The notes beneath the pieces were generated by a model. The model did no database searches. It was not told the origin of the DNA and saw only the letters and a list, made by a program, of their open reading frames with translations. A stretch of DNA of 64,000 nucleotides from Fibrobacter sp. Lineage in GTDB: Bacteria > Fibrobacterota > Fibrobacteria > Fibrobacterales > Fibrobacteraceae. The position numbers and the translations under genes were made by a program. The stretch spans positions 68,732-132,731 of the forward strand of contig JAKSIC010000002.1 in NCBI GenBank assembly GCA_024399015.1. The letters are read 5' to 3'. This document shows positions 47,586 to 57,892 of the stretch, in pieces. Numbering within the stretch: position 1 is the stretch's first letter; each line of letters opens with the position of its first letter.

Positions 47586-48941
47586 ATGAAAAAATCAGTA
47601 CCTATTACAGTGCTCACCGGTTACTTAGGAGCCGGTAAAACTACTCTCCTCAACTACGTTCTTAACAATCAGGAAGGCTATCACGTAGCTGTTATCGTCA
47701 ACGACATTGGCGAAGTCAACATTGACCAGACCCTTATCGAAAAGGGTGGAAACATCACCAAGGAAGATTCCGGCAAGTTGGTTCCCCTTTCCAACGGTTG
47801 CATTTGCTGCTCCCTGAAGCAGGACATGCTGGAACAGATTGCCGAAATTCTTGAAACCGGCAAGTTCGACTACATTCTTATTGAAGCCAGCGGCATTTGC
47901 GAACCCGTACCTATCGCACAGACCATTTGCATGGCTGGATCCCAGCTCCAGAGTAAGAGCGGCGAACCTCTCCCCTGCCATCTGGACAGCGTAACCGCAG
48001 TGGTAGACGTTCTGCGTCTAGCCGACGAATTCGCTGGTGGCGAAAAGCTTCTCCAGAAGGACCTGGAAGAAACCGACATTGCAAATCTTTTGATCCAGCA
48101 GATCGAATTCTGCAACACCATCATCCTGAACAAGGTGGATAGCCTTTCCAAGAACGACTTGGAACATGTGAAGGCTGTTGTGAAGGCCCTGCAGCCCACC
48201 GCCAAGATGATCGAGACCAACTTCGGTAAGGTGGACATGAAGGAAATCCTGGACACCAAGCAGTTTGATTTCGAGAAGGTTGCTGAAGGCGCTGCCTGGG
48301 CCATCGAGCTGAACAAGATCGATGACGACCACGATGATGATGACGATGAAGACGAACATGAACATCATCATCACGACCATGACCACGAAGATCACAGCGA
48401 TTGCGACCATGAACATGGCGTTTGCCACCACCATCACGACGATGATGATGACGACGACCACGATCATGAACATCACCATCACGACCACGACGATGAAGAC
48501 CACAGCCACTGCGATCACGAACACGGTGTTTGCCACTGCGGTCATCATCACGACAAGGATCATCCCCATGGTGACGAATACGGCATTTCGACCTTCGTGT
48601 ACGAACGTCGCCGTCCCTTCGATCGCAAGAAGTTCGAAGCATTCCTGGATGACTATCCTAACGCAATCATCCGCACCAAGGGTCTCCTGTGGTTCTCAGA
48701 CGAACGTACTGAAAGCTACCTCTTCGAACAGGCTGGCAAGCAGGCAACCGCACAGAATTTCGGTCGCTGGTTTGCAGCAGAAGACAAGGCTACCCAGCAG
48801 ATGATCCTTTCCCAGAATCCGGACCTCATGAAGGTTTGGGACGAAGAATACGGTGACCGTATCATTCGCCTCGTCTTCATCGGCCAGCACATGGAAAAGA
48901 ATAAGATCATCGCAGTTCTCGACAGCTGCCTGGACAAGTAA
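47586..48941 (+). CDS. COG0523/CobW family metallochaperone GTPase with long His/Asp-rich insert
   Basis: GYLGAGKTT, VNDIGE, GCICC, IEASG, NKVD, CobW_C IIRTKGLLW..LVFIG. Confidence 0.93.
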   Translation: MKKSVPITVLTGYLGAGKTTLLNYVLNNQEGYHVAVIVNDIGEVNIDQTLIEKGGNITKEDSGKLVPLSNGCICCSLKQDMLEQIAEILETGKFDYILIEASGICEPVPIAQTICMAGSQLQSKSGEPLPCHLDSVTAVVDVLRLADEFAGGEKLLQKDLEETDIANLLIQQIEFCNTIILNKVDSLSKNDLEHVKAVVKALQPTAKMIETNFGKVDMKEILDTKQFDFEKVAEGAAWAIELNKIDDDHDDDDDEDEHEHHHHDHDHEDHSDCDHEHGVCHHHHDDDDDDDHDHEHHHHDHDDEDHSHCDHEHGVCHCGHHHDKDHPHGDEYGISTFVYERRRPFDRKKFEAFLDDYPNAIIRTKGLLWFSDERTESYLFEQAGKQATAQNFGRWFAAEDKATQQMILSQNPDLMKVWDEEYGDRIIRLVFIGQHMEKNKIIAVLDSCLDK

Positions 48942-48969
48942 AAAAAGGGCGGGGCAACCCGCCTTTTTT
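48942..48969 (+). terminator. Intrinsic terminator after the COG0523 gene
   Basis: AAAAAGGGCGGG-GCAA-CCCGCCTTTTTT. Confidence 0.8.
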
Positions 48970-48972
48970 ATT

Positions 48973-49049
48973 TATGAAGTATGATGTATGAAGTATGAGA
49001 TTCGACGAAGTACGAATTACGAGATTTTTATAATGAATGAAGTACGAGC
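48973..49049 (+). repeat. Single heptamer array (TAYGAAG-type)
   Basis: TATGAAG TATGATG TATGAAG TATGAGA, GACGAAG TACGAAT TACGAGA, AATGAAG TACGAGC. Confidence 0.7.
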
Positions 49050-49093
49050 GTCAATTTATTTTTTTATGAAAACGAATTAAACCTGGAATTTTT

Positions 49094-51808
49094 ATGACGA
49101 GAATCCTCTTTTTTTTGCTAGGCCTTATTTTCGTGGCCTGTTCGTCTGAAGACTCCACGACAATCACATCAATTGACATAAAAAGTAGTGACGACGAACA
49201 TTCAGGATTACTTCACATCATCCCCGGCAAGGCAGTCGCGTACCTTGGTACAAAGGATTCCGAGGCGAAAGCAAATGAACGTCCTCAAATGAAGGCGACT
49301 TTTTCCTACGACTTTTACTTTGGAAAAAGCGAAGTCTCTTGCAAGGAATTTCTAGACCTTATTGATTTTGAAAACGTCAAAGATGCCGTCAAGGAAAGCT
49401 GCAAAAACGATTCCATGCCGGTAGCCGACGTAACCTATTACGACGCAGTCCTTTTTGCAAACGCCCGAAGCAAAAAAGAAAAACAGGATACAGCCTATTC
49501 CTATTCGAAGGCTTCCTTCGACAGCAAGGGACATTGTTCCGGCCTGGAAGGCTTTGCATTCCATCCTGAGGCGGATGCATATAGACTCCCCACGGAAGCG
49601 GAATGGACCTTAGTCGCCCAGCAGAACTGGAAGAAGGCTAACGGATGGACGTCCGAAAATTCCGATTACGAAGTCCACAAGATTTGTACCCAGCAATCTG
49701 CAGATAACGAAATCTGCGATTTAAAGGGAAACCTTCTGGAATGGGTCAACGATTGGCTTGGCTTCTTTAAAGACACTACCGTCAGCAATTTTGCAGGAGC
49801 TCCTGATGGTGGCGGAATTGGCGAACGCGTTTTAAAAGGCGGAAGCTATCGCAATTCAGCAAGTTCCATTCAATTATACCATCGCGGCGATACCTACACC
49901 ATCACATCCGCAACAAGAAAGGAATATGTTGGATTCCGCCTTGCCTTTGGCGCTATTCCCGACCCCTCCTGGATGGATAGAAAAGGTTCTGCCAACCAAA
50001 GCCCCGTAACAACGCTGGTCAGTTCCTCTACGATGCGAAAACTAACTTCGTCATTGAAAACAAAAATCGCTTTTCGAAACGAAGAAACCGGTCGTCTCAA
50101 CTTTATCGACTATACAAGCGTCACCCCCTCTGTCAAGGAAATCGCAGACAGCATCGATGCCTACCACCCAGATTTTTCGCCCAATGGTAACTACATTGCA
50201 TTTTGTGATGTATTTGAAGGTTTATCCTCAAAAGCTTCTTTATACGTCTATGATTTAAGTTCAGACGAGATCATAAAATTAAATGTGGAAAGCGCTGCAA
50301 TCCCCCGCTGGCTTGTGACCGACGAAGGCGATACCAGTATTGTATATGTATCCAGCGCAGAAGACAACAAGGACGAACAAACGTTCTACGAAAACGAGAC
50401 CTGGATGGTTCCATTTTCAAATGGAAAATTTGGCACTCCGAAAAAACTCTTCAACGGAAACTTCCACGGCGGAATCAGCAAGGATTTAAAATTTGCCGTT
50501 ACCGGTTCCCAGTACCTTCGTGCAAAAATTGGAGACAGGGACACCACCTGGTACAACGAGGAATTGGCCTGTAACGCAAGTCTTTCTAAGGATGAAAAAA
50601 AGAGAACCTTGTTCCTCGATTTTGGAGGAACATTGGATTCCGACTCCTCCAAGGCAAGTTACACCGTTCACGAAGTTCTCTTCATCTCCGACAGCACCGG
50701 CAAAGTCATTCAAAAAATTTGGGCTCCGGCAGGTTACACCTTTGACCATTCAGAATGGGCCGTTGGCGGAAACAGTGATGAATCAAACCTTATCATCGCA
50801 ACTTTAGCCAACGCTGGCGGCGCACATAAGAAAATCGTTCTTATCAACCGAACTTCAGAAGAAATCACAGAAATCGTCGAAGGCAACGATCTTTGGCATC
50901 CCGCCTTGTGGTCAAAAACAAGCTCCACTCCTTCCGGAGATTTCGTTCTGAATTTAGACAGCGCAGGCATTTATTATTCTGAAAACGCACGTTTCCCTTC
51001 CTACGAACTCCGCACAAAAATGGAAACCTTCTGGAACGCCCCCGACTCCTTCAATATTGTTGCATTCGGTAGCTCCAGAACTCTTATGGGAATTGACGCC
51101 AAGGAAATGAAGCATTTCAATCTCCTCAACCTCGGCTATTCCGGAGGAGACATGTTTGGTATTCAGTACTTGTTTGAAAACTATGTACTGAACCACATGC
51201 ACAACGTCAAATATCTTCTTCTGGAATCTGTTCCCGTCTTATTCTGGCGAGTCCGCGACATGGATTGGGAGGAAATCTATAGTCTAAATCCGGGATACCA
51301 GTACGACGAAAATCATAACTTCTGGAAAGATGAAGTTCCTGAAGATTTCCTTGAAGCTGTAAAAAACGGCCCCACATTCCTCTACAAGGAAAATCTTCCT
51401 TACAATGAAGATTTTCTTGGGGATTCAAAATCCTGGAGCAAGGCTGAAACCTATGCAAACATTGAAACCATGGTCTTTGCAGGAAATATCGTAGAAGAAA
51501 ATTACGCCATCTACAAAGAAATTGTACAAGAAGCAAAGGCAGCAAACATAAAAGTCATCGCACTCAACTTCCCCGTCAATCCCCAATACCCCAGCACCGG
51601 AAGCTACGGTCCTTTCGGTCCGTCAACCAAGGTCGCAGAAGAAATCATTGACAGCATAAAGACACTGGACGTTACATTCATCGACGAATACAATTGGGGA
51701 AAAAACGACTACACCAACGAAATGGCTTTTGACGCCGACCACCTGAGCTACAAGGGAGCCAAGCATATGGCCAACAGGTTGGATTCCATTTTACAAACTT
51801 TGGAATAA
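49094..51808 (+). CDS. TIGR02171 family lipoprotein (FGE-sulfatase domain, TolB-like region, C-terminal SGNH-like domain)
   Basis: Lipobox FVAC; YRLPTEAEW, DLKGNLLEWVND, RVLKGGSY, GFRL; YHPDFSPNG; AFGSSR and DADHL. Confidence 0.85.
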   Translation: MTRILFFLLGLIFVACSSEDSTTITSIDIKSSDDEHSGLLHIIPGKAVAYLGTKDSEAKANERPQMKATFSYDFYFGKSEVSCKEFLDLIDFENVKDAVKESCKNDSMPVADVTYYDAVLFANARSKKEKQDTAYSYSKASFDSKGHCSGLEGFAFHPEADAYRLPTEAEWTLVAQQNWKKANGWTSENSDYEVHKICTQQSADNEICDLKGNLLEWVNDWLGFFKDTTVSNFAGAPDGGGIGERVLKGGSYRNSASSIQLYHRGDTYTITSATRKEYVGFRLAFGAIPDPSWMDRKGSANQSPVTTLVSSSTMRKLTSSLKTKIAFRNEETGRLNFIDYTSVTPSVKEIADSIDAYHPDFSPNGNYIAFCDVFEGLSSKASLYVYDLSSDEIIKLNVESAAIPRWLVTDEGDTSIVYVSSAEDNKDEQTFYENETWMVPFSNGKFGTPKKLFNGNFHGGISKDLKFAVTGSQYLRAKIGDRDTTWYNEELACNASLSKDEKKRTLFLDFGGTLDSDSSKASYTVHEVLFISDSTGKVIQKIWAPAGYTFDHSEWAVGGNSDESNLIIATLANAGGAHKKIVLINRTSEEITEIVEGNDLWHPALWSKTSSTPSGDFVLNLDSAGIYYSENARFPSYELRTKMETFWNAPDSFNIVAFGSSRTLMGIDAKEMKHFNLLNLGYSGGDMFGIQYLFENYVLNHMHNVKYLLLESVPVLFWRVRDMDWEEIYSLNPGYQYDENHNFWKDEVPEDFLEAVKNGPTFLYKENLPYNEDFLGDSKSWSKAETYANIETMVFAGNIVEENYAIYKEIVQEAKAANIKVIALNFPVNPQYPSTGSYGPFGPSTKVAEEIIDSIKTLDVTFIDEYNWGKNDYTNEMAFDADHLSYKGAKHMANRLDSILQTLE

Positions 51809-51877
51809 AAATAATCTTGGCACATATTTTGCGAGATTTTTTCTAACTTTAAACCGTTAAAATTTAACGAGGTAACT

Positions 51878-54151
51878 ATGCTTTTCAATTTCGACATGAT
51901 CCAGAAGGTCTATGCCAAGATGCCGGCCCGCGTTGACGGTGCACGCAAGCTCCTTGGCCGCCCCCTCACCCTTGCAGAAAAGATTCTCTACACCCATTTG
52001 ATCGACGGTGCAGAATCCAAGCAGTATGTTCGTGGTACTGATTTTGCCGAATTCCATCCGGACCGCGTGGCAATGCAGGACGCTACCGCCCAGATGGCAC
52101 TTCTCCAGTTTACAACTGCTGGAAAATCCAAGGTCGCTGTTCCAAGTTCTGTACATTGCGACCACTTGATTATCGCCAAGGAAGGTGTAGAAATTGACCT
52201 TCCCAAAGCAAAGTCCGACAGTAAGGAAGTGTACGACTTCCTCCAGTCCGTTTCCGCAAAGTACGGCATTGACTGCTGGCTTCCGGGCGCAGGCATCATC
52301 CACCAGGTGGTTCTCGAAAACTACGCCTTCCCGGGTGGTATGATGATCGGTACCGACTCCCACACAGTGAACGCAGGCGGTCTCGGCATGCTGGCTATCG
52401 GTGTTGGCGGTGCAGACGCTGTGGACGCCATGGTTGGCCTCCCCTGGGAACTGAAGTACCCGAAGATGATCGGTGTGAAGCTCACCGGTAAGCTCCAGGG
52501 CTTTGCAACCGCTAAGGACATCATCCTGAAGCTGGCTGGCATCCTCACCGTTAAGGGCGGCACCAACGCTATTATTGAATACTTCGGCGAAGGCGCACGT
52601 AGCCTCTCCGCTACCGGCAAGGCAACCATCGCCAACATGGGTGCAGAAGTGGGCGCAACCTGCTCCACCTTCAGCTACGATGATTCCATGAGCCGTTACC
52701 TCAAGGTCACCGGCCGTGCAGAAGTTGCCGAAGCCGCCGACAAGATCGCTTCTTACCTCCAGGCTGACCCGGAAGTTGAAGCCGAACCGGAAAAGTACTT
52801 CGACCGCGTTGTGGAAATTGATCTTTCCACTCTCGTTCCCCACTACAATGGCCCCTTCAGCCCGGACCGCGCTTTCGCAATCACCGACATGGCAGAATCC
52901 ATCAAGGCCACCGAAACAAAGCCGGAATCCAAGGACGAAGTTAGCGCAGCCCTCATCGGTTCCTGCACCAACTCCAGCTACGAAGACCTCTACATGGCAG
53001 CCAGCATGATCAAGCAGGCTCTCGCCAAGGGTCTCGGCCCGAAGTGCCCGCTGATCATCAACCCGGGTTCCGAACAGGTTCGCTACACCGCTGAACGCGA
53101 TGGCCTCATCGACATCTTCAAACAGTTCGGCGCTGTGATCATGACCAACGCTTGCGGTCCTTGCATTGGCCGTTGGGACCGTGCTGGTGCCGACAAGAAG
53201 GAATTGAACACCATCGTTCACTCCTTCAACCGTAACTTTGCAAAGCGCGCTGACGGTAACCCGAACACTCACGCTTTCGTTGCATCCCCGCTGATGGCTG
53301 TGATTGCAGCTCTCTCCGGCAAGCTCACTTTCAATCCGGCTACCGACACCCTCGTCAATGGCGAAGGCAAGGCTGTGAAGTTGGATCCTCCTGAAAAGTG
53401 CGAACTTCCGGTCAACGGCTTCGAAGTGAAGGACGCCGGTTTCCAGGCTCCGGCAGAAGACGGTTCCTCCATCACCGTGACCATCAATCCGGAAAGCAAG
53501 CGCCTCCAGGCTCTGGCACCGTTCGCGGCATGGGACGGCAAGGACATCATGGGCGCTCCGATCCTCATCAAGGCCAAGGGCAAGTGCACCACCGACCATA
53601 TTTCTATGGCTGGTCCGTGGCTCAACTACCGCGGTCACTTGGAAAACATTTCCAACAACATGCTCATCGGCGCTGTGAACGCTTTCAATGGCGAAACCAA
53701 CAAGGTTCTCTGCCAGTGCGGCGAATACAAGGAAGTTCCGGAACTCGCTAAGGTTTACAAGAACAAGGGCATCGGCTCCATCGTTATCGGTGACGAAAAC
53801 TATGGTGAAGGCTCCAGCCGCGAACACGCAGCTATGGAACCGCGATTCCTGGGCGTTAAGGCTGTGATCGTGAAGAGTTTCGCTCGTATTCACGAAACCA
53901 ACCTGAAGAAGCAGGGCATGCTGGCCCTCACCTTCGCTAACCCGGCAGACTACGACAAGATTCAGGAACAGGACGTGTTCGACATTCTCGGTCTCACCGA
54001 GTTTGCTCCGGGCAAGCCGTTGACTCTCGCTATCCACCACAAGGATGGCTCTGAAGAAAAGATCCAGCTCAACCACACCTACAACGAACAGCAGTGGGCA
54101 TGGTTCAAGGCCGGTTCCGCTCTGAACTTGATCAAGCTCAATAACAAGTAA
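51878..54151 (+). CDS. acnA: Aconitate hydratase (757 aa, mitochondrial-like type)
   Basis: [61 protein letters not shown]. Confidence 0.96.
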   Translation: MLFNFDMIQKVYAKMPARVDGARKLLGRPLTLAEKILYTHLIDGAESKQYVRGTDFAEFHPDRVAMQDATAQMALLQFTTAGKSKVAVPSSVHCDHLIIAKEGVEIDLPKAKSDSKEVYDFLQSVSAKYGIDCWLPGAGIIHQVVLENYAFPGGMMIGTDSHTVNAGGLGMLAIGVGGADAVDAMVGLPWELKYPKMIGVKLTGKLQGFATAKDIILKLAGILTVKGGTNAIIEYFGEGARSLSATGKATIANMGAEVGATCSTFSYDDSMSRYLKVTGRAEVAEAADKIASYLQADPEVEAEPEKYFDRVVEIDLSTLVPHYNGPFSPDRAFAITDMAESIKATETKPESKDEVSAALIGSCTNSSYEDLYMAASMIKQALAKGLGPKCPLIINPGSEQVRYTAERDGLIDIFKQFGAVIMTNACGPCIGRWDRAGADKKELNTIVHSFNRNFAKRADGNPNTHAFVASPLMAVIAALSGKLTFNPATDTLVNGEGKAVKLDPPEKCELPVNGFEVKDAGFQAPAEDGSSITVTINPESKRLQALAPFAAWDGKDIMGAPILIKAKGKCTTDHISMAGPWLNYRGHLENISNNMLIGAVNAFNGETNKVLCQCGEYKEVPELAKVYKNKGIGSIVIGDENYGEGSSREHAAMEPRFLGVKAVIVKSFARIHETNLKKQGMLALTFANPADYDKIQEQDVFDILGLTEFAPGKPLTLAIHHKDGSEEKIQLNHTYNEQQWAWFKAGSALNLIKLNNK

Positions 54152-54190
54152 TTAGGAATTCGCGCGGAATCCTCCGCGCAGTTCTTGAAG

Positions 54191-54227
54191 AAAAAAAGTC
54201 CTGGGTCAAAACCCAGGATTTTTTTTT
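54191..54227. terminator. Bidirectional intrinsic terminator
   Basis: A7-G-TCCTGGGT-CAAA-ACCCAGGA-T9 between convergent genes. Confidence 0.8.
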
Positions 54228-55413
54228 ACTTCTTGCAGCCTTTTCCGAAGGCGTCCAATACTTTATTCACGGAAAGTTTTGAAACAGCCTTTACGTGAGC
54301 GGCTTCAGCATCGCTTCCTACACCTTGGGGCTGTTCCACAAGTTCTGTAGAGCCCGCTTTCATCGCAATGGTTCCGCGTGAAGTATAAAGGGTTCTTCCT
54401 GAATTAGGTTTGTCGGTAAAACTCAAGGTCGCAGAAAGCATCGGCAAACTAGAATCATCAGAAATTGCGATACCAGCATCCATCAAGAACACCTGCAGTG
54501 CGCCGCATTCAGCCACATCGCCAGAGCAAGTCAACTGATAAGCACAACCCGTCTTTTTCGCCTGGTAGGCAACGGTCTTGGTAAGCAAGGAAGACTGACG
54601 TACAAACTTGAAGTTCATATCCGCATGGACAATCACTTCACCGCTGGGCTTCTTCTTCATCACATCTTTCAATGAGAAAACAGCCTTACCCTTATTATTT
54701 GTTTTTGCTGTAGCCAGGTTTTTGTGGTCCTGTGTGATGGCAATGGGGAAATCCGCTATGGGGCCAACGAAATCGACAACAGTCACCACCAGGGTTTCCT
54801 TAGTCAAATTCGTTTCCATTTTCACAGAAGACAAATTGGCTGTCATGAATTCCGTAAGTTCAGCCAGGGTTGATTCCAAACGAAGGTTCTTGGGAACAGC
54901 CTGGACAAAGGACAAGTTTTCCAACAGGTCGTTATAATCACCAGCCATCTTTTCCAAAAGGACCATATCCTTTGCCACTTTGCGGTAATCACGGTCCAAC
55001 ATATCCAAGCGAATCACGGAATCCTTGGAATTCATCTGGATACGCATTTGTTCAATATCCACAAGAATCTTGGAAGCCAGCTGATCCAAATCCACGGTAA
55101 TCGTAGACTGATACACCCCATCCTTCACAGGAGCGGCAACGATTTTTGCGCCCTTCAGCAGAACATTACTGAACACAGACTTTCTGCTTTCAAAAGTAGA
55201 CTGGACATTGCCTGCAGCGTCTTCTGTGGTATGAGTTTCCATAGATGATTTCACAGCGGAACTGACCTGCATGGCAACGCCTTCCATAGCCTTCTTGTCA
55301 GCGTCTTTCTGAGAAATTTTGGACGTAGCAGTATAGGTCACCATGTTTGCAGCCACGGCCAAGGCGGGGACAAAAGCAACCAAAGCAGAAATAAATCGGG
55401 TCATCTTTTTCAT
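54226..55413 (-). CDS. Secreted protein with LPP20-like N-terminal domain
   Basis: Signal peptide; SQKDADKKAMEGVAMQVSSAVKS..LKGAKIV..YQSTITVD. Confidence 0.6.
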   Translation of the reverse strand: MKKMTRFISALVAFVPALAVAANMVTYTATSKISQKDADKKAMEGVAMQVSSAVKSSMETHTTEDAAGNVQSTFESRKSVFSNVLLKGAKIVAAPVKDGVYQSTITVDLDQLASKILVDIEQMRIQMNSKDSVIRLDMLDRDYRKVAKDMVLLEKMAGDYNDLLENLSFVQAVPKNLRLESTLAELTEFMTANLSSVKMETNLTKETLVVTVVDFVGPIADFPIAITQDHKNLATAKTNNKGKAVFSLKDVMKKKPSGEVIVHADMNFKFVRQSSLLTKTVAYQAKKTGCAYQLTCSGDVAECGALQVFLMDAGIAISDDSSLPMLSATLSFTDKPNSGRTLYTSRGTIAMKAGSTELVEQPQGVGSDAEAAHVKAVSKLSVNKVLDAFGKGCKK

Positions 55414-56327
55414 TACTGAATTTCCAGGATAATCAGTTTCTTGGTAATGTTCTGCTTTCTAACCTTAGCAAGGCCATTCAGGGATTCAAAGAATTCACCA
55501 TAAACCATCTGGGCGTCTTCATACTTATCCGGATCAGCGTAAATCATCAAGTCGTAAGTGTTGCGGCTCATAGAAAGAACCTGCATTTTATTAAACTTCT
55601 TACGAATCTGCGTAGAGACCATATTGGAAATTTCTTCAGCCTGGTCATCCGTGAATTCTCCAGTCAAATGGGCAACCACTTTATACTGAACACCCAATTC
55701 TAATTGTGCAGCAAGCTTGGTGCGGATCTTATTTTCCAAGCCAACGATTGCCTTCTGCATAGCCTTTTGAACAAAGGCACGCTGAGATTCGCCATCGGCC
55801 TTTGTCATTCGAACAGATTCACTTCCCAAAAGTTGGGCGGTAGAAGCTTCACTTGCATTCAAGTCAATCACGATTTCATTTTCATGAATCGTTCCGGCAT
55901 AAGTAATATTGATATCAGCACCAACAGAGAGGCCTGCAGCATATGCCAAGTCTTCGTCGTTGCCAGCAATGGCGGATTGCAGTTCCACAACTTCATCAAG
56001 TTGAGCCTGGCTTTCCAAGCTGACAACATTATAATCTCTGCTGGTCAGGTAGGCGTTAATCACTTCCATAGCGGTCTTTGCCAAAGGATTAGAACGAACA
56101 ACTTCGATATTGGCGTTCATCTTTCCTGTCAAAGCGGGTGCCACCAAAACTGTAGGCGCAATCTTGAAGGGAATGCGAACCAGTTCCACTGGAGTTTCTT
56201 CTTCAGATTCTGCAGGAACGGTCTTCACCGTTTCTTGTGCAGGCTGATTTCCTGCGCAGCCCACAAAGCACAAAATACCAAGTGCAACCAAGAAATTCAA
56301 AAGTTTCATTTTCTTATCCATTTTCAA
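55413..56327 (-). CDS. Lipoprotein (DUF6175/CsgG-like fold suspected)
   Basis: Lipobox FVGC; PTVLVAP, INAYLTSRDYNVV, GADINI, EASTAQLLGS; 1-bp overlap with the next gene. Confidence 0.55.
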   Translation of the reverse strand: MKMDKKMKLLNFLVALGILCFVGCAGNQPAQETVKTVPAESEEETPVELVRIPFKIAPTVLVAPALTGKMNANIEVVRSNPLAKTAMEVINAYLTSRDYNVVSLESQAQLDEVVELQSAIAGNDEDLAYAAGLSVGADINITYAGTIHENEIVIDLNASEASTAQLLGSESVRMTKADGESQRAFVQKAMQKAIVGLENKIRTKLAAQLELGVQYKVVAHLTGEFTDDQAEEISNMVSTQIRKKFNKMQVLSMSRNTYDLMIYADPDKYEDAQMVYGEFFESLNGLAKVRKQNITKKLIILEIQ

Positions 56328-56344
56328 AACTATAACAAATCCCG

Positions 56345-57805
56345 CTATTCCCTAGACAAACCATTAGACTGAACCAAACGTTGGTATTCCTGACGTTCAG
56401 AAACAATTCTGTTGCGAGCCTTTCCACCGGGGTGATTGGTAATCAAGCAGAACGCTTCATAAGTTTTTCTAGCAGAGTAATTCTTTCCATTCTTGGCAGC
56501 AACCACCACTTCGAAATCCACAATCTTGTTGCGATTGAGCTCAATGGGAAGTTCATATTCCAAGGAAGTCAAATCTCTTTCACGAATAGTCTTCACTACC
56601 CTTTTGCCACGACGGATGACAATAGAATCAATTTCCTTCAGGTTGGACTTTGCAATTCCAGCAAGATTAATCTTCATGTTGGTATTGTACTTTGTTGCCG
56701 GCGGATCAACATGGATGCGTTCATCACGTTCACCCAAATCAACGACCAAGTCATCAATGGTAGGAGGTTCTTCATAGCCTTCAGGAGGCACGTACTGGGC
56801 CACCCATCTGTAACATTCCACTTCAACATTTCCATCACTACAAGTTGCAATGAAGCGTTTCTTTCCGTAGGCGTTTATACCCCAAGAGAATTCCTTGCGG
56901 TAGAAACCATCGTCGCCAACCTTTACGCGTTCGCCCCACACGGTAACAATTGTCCCCGGAGTCACACGGGCCTGCAATGTAACGGAGGGAACATAAAGAG
57001 AATCCAAGGGACTAGACTTAAATTCAAGAGACTTCTTATAAGCTTTTTGACGTTCAGCGTAGCTATCATCAAAAGTCTTCAAGTCCATTTCAAGAGACTG
57101 AGAGGTAAGTTCTGCGATTACCGCAGTCAAAGAGTCAATCACCTTCACCAAGTATTCCGTACCAGAGGAAGCAAGATCTAACATTCTTGCATCACCGTTT
57201 TCATCCACAAGAACAGTCTGATTTTCCAACAGCATTTTCTTCTGGCCCGTTTTGCTGGAAACATCCACCTGGCCTTCCTTCAGAGAAACCACAGTCTTGT
57301 TCTTCGCAATACCTACGAAGCCTGCAGTACCACGGATAGCAGCGTTTGCGTTACCCGTCTTCATTTTATAGTAGGCATTTCTCTGCTTTTGAACATCGAA
57401 ATAAACCTTACCATTTCCAATAGCGACCAGGACAATTTTAGACCCGATGGAATCCTGTTCAGATTTCAAGGTCACGTCAGAATTTTCAGAAATAACGAAA
57501 ATGGAGCCTTCGTTAGCCACAAGCTTTGCTTCTGATTCAATTCTCGTTTGAACGCGGTCGTCTTCAATGACTTTTTGACCAATACGAATTTGTTTCCAAA
57601 TATCGCCCTGGCCACCCGGCTGTTTCAACACGTCGCCAATAATGCTGCTGGCCGTTGTCACAAACTTGGAATCATCTACAGATTCTTCTTCACCATTTTT
57701 TTTTGCTTCGTCAGAACCGGAACCACTTTTCCCCTGGTCCTTATTTCCGTTACAGCCCGCAAGGACTAACAACAAAGTAAAAAAAACTGTAAAAATTCTC
57801 TTCAT
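56345..57805 (-). CDS. FecR-domain lipoprotein
   Basis: Lipobox LAGC; VIEDDRVQT..SIFVISENSDV, TGNANAAIRGT, VSLKEGQVDV. Confidence 0.75.
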   Translation of the reverse strand: MKRIFTVFFTLLLVLAGCNGNKDQGKSGSGSDEAKKNGEEESVDDSKFVTTASSIIGDVLKQPGGQGDIWKQIRIGQKVIEDDRVQTRIESEAKLVANEGSIFVISENSDVTLKSEQDSIGSKIVLVAIGNGKVYFDVQKQRNAYYKMKTGNANAAIRGTAGFVGIAKNKTVVSLKEGQVDVSSKTGQKKMLLENQTVLVDENGDARMLDLASSGTEYLVKVIDSLTAVIAELTSQSLEMDLKTFDDSYAERQKAYKKSLEFKSSPLDSLYVPSVTLQARVTPGTIVTVWGERVKVGDDGFYRKEFSWGINAYGKKRFIATCSDGNVEVECYRWVAQYVPPEGYEEPPTIDDLVVDLGERDERIHVDPPATKYNTNMKINLAGIAKSNLKEIDSIVIRRGKRVVKTIRERDLTSLEYELPIELNRNKIVDFEVVVAAKNGKNYSARKTYEAFCLITNHPGGKARNRIVSERQEYQRLVQSNGLSRE

Positions 57806-57892
57806 AGGTTCTCTTTTAACTCCACCCCTAAAATTTAATTAAATTTTAAGCAGACAAATGAATTTTAGGGTTTCCCTACAAGGAGAACAGGA

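Noticed and set aside
7377-51808. A complete DGR (Avd-like four-helix bundle plus FISUMP and FGE-sulfatase target folds)
   Set aside because: No reverse transcriptase and no TR/VR pair with adenine-specific mismatches seen; the parts are far apart.
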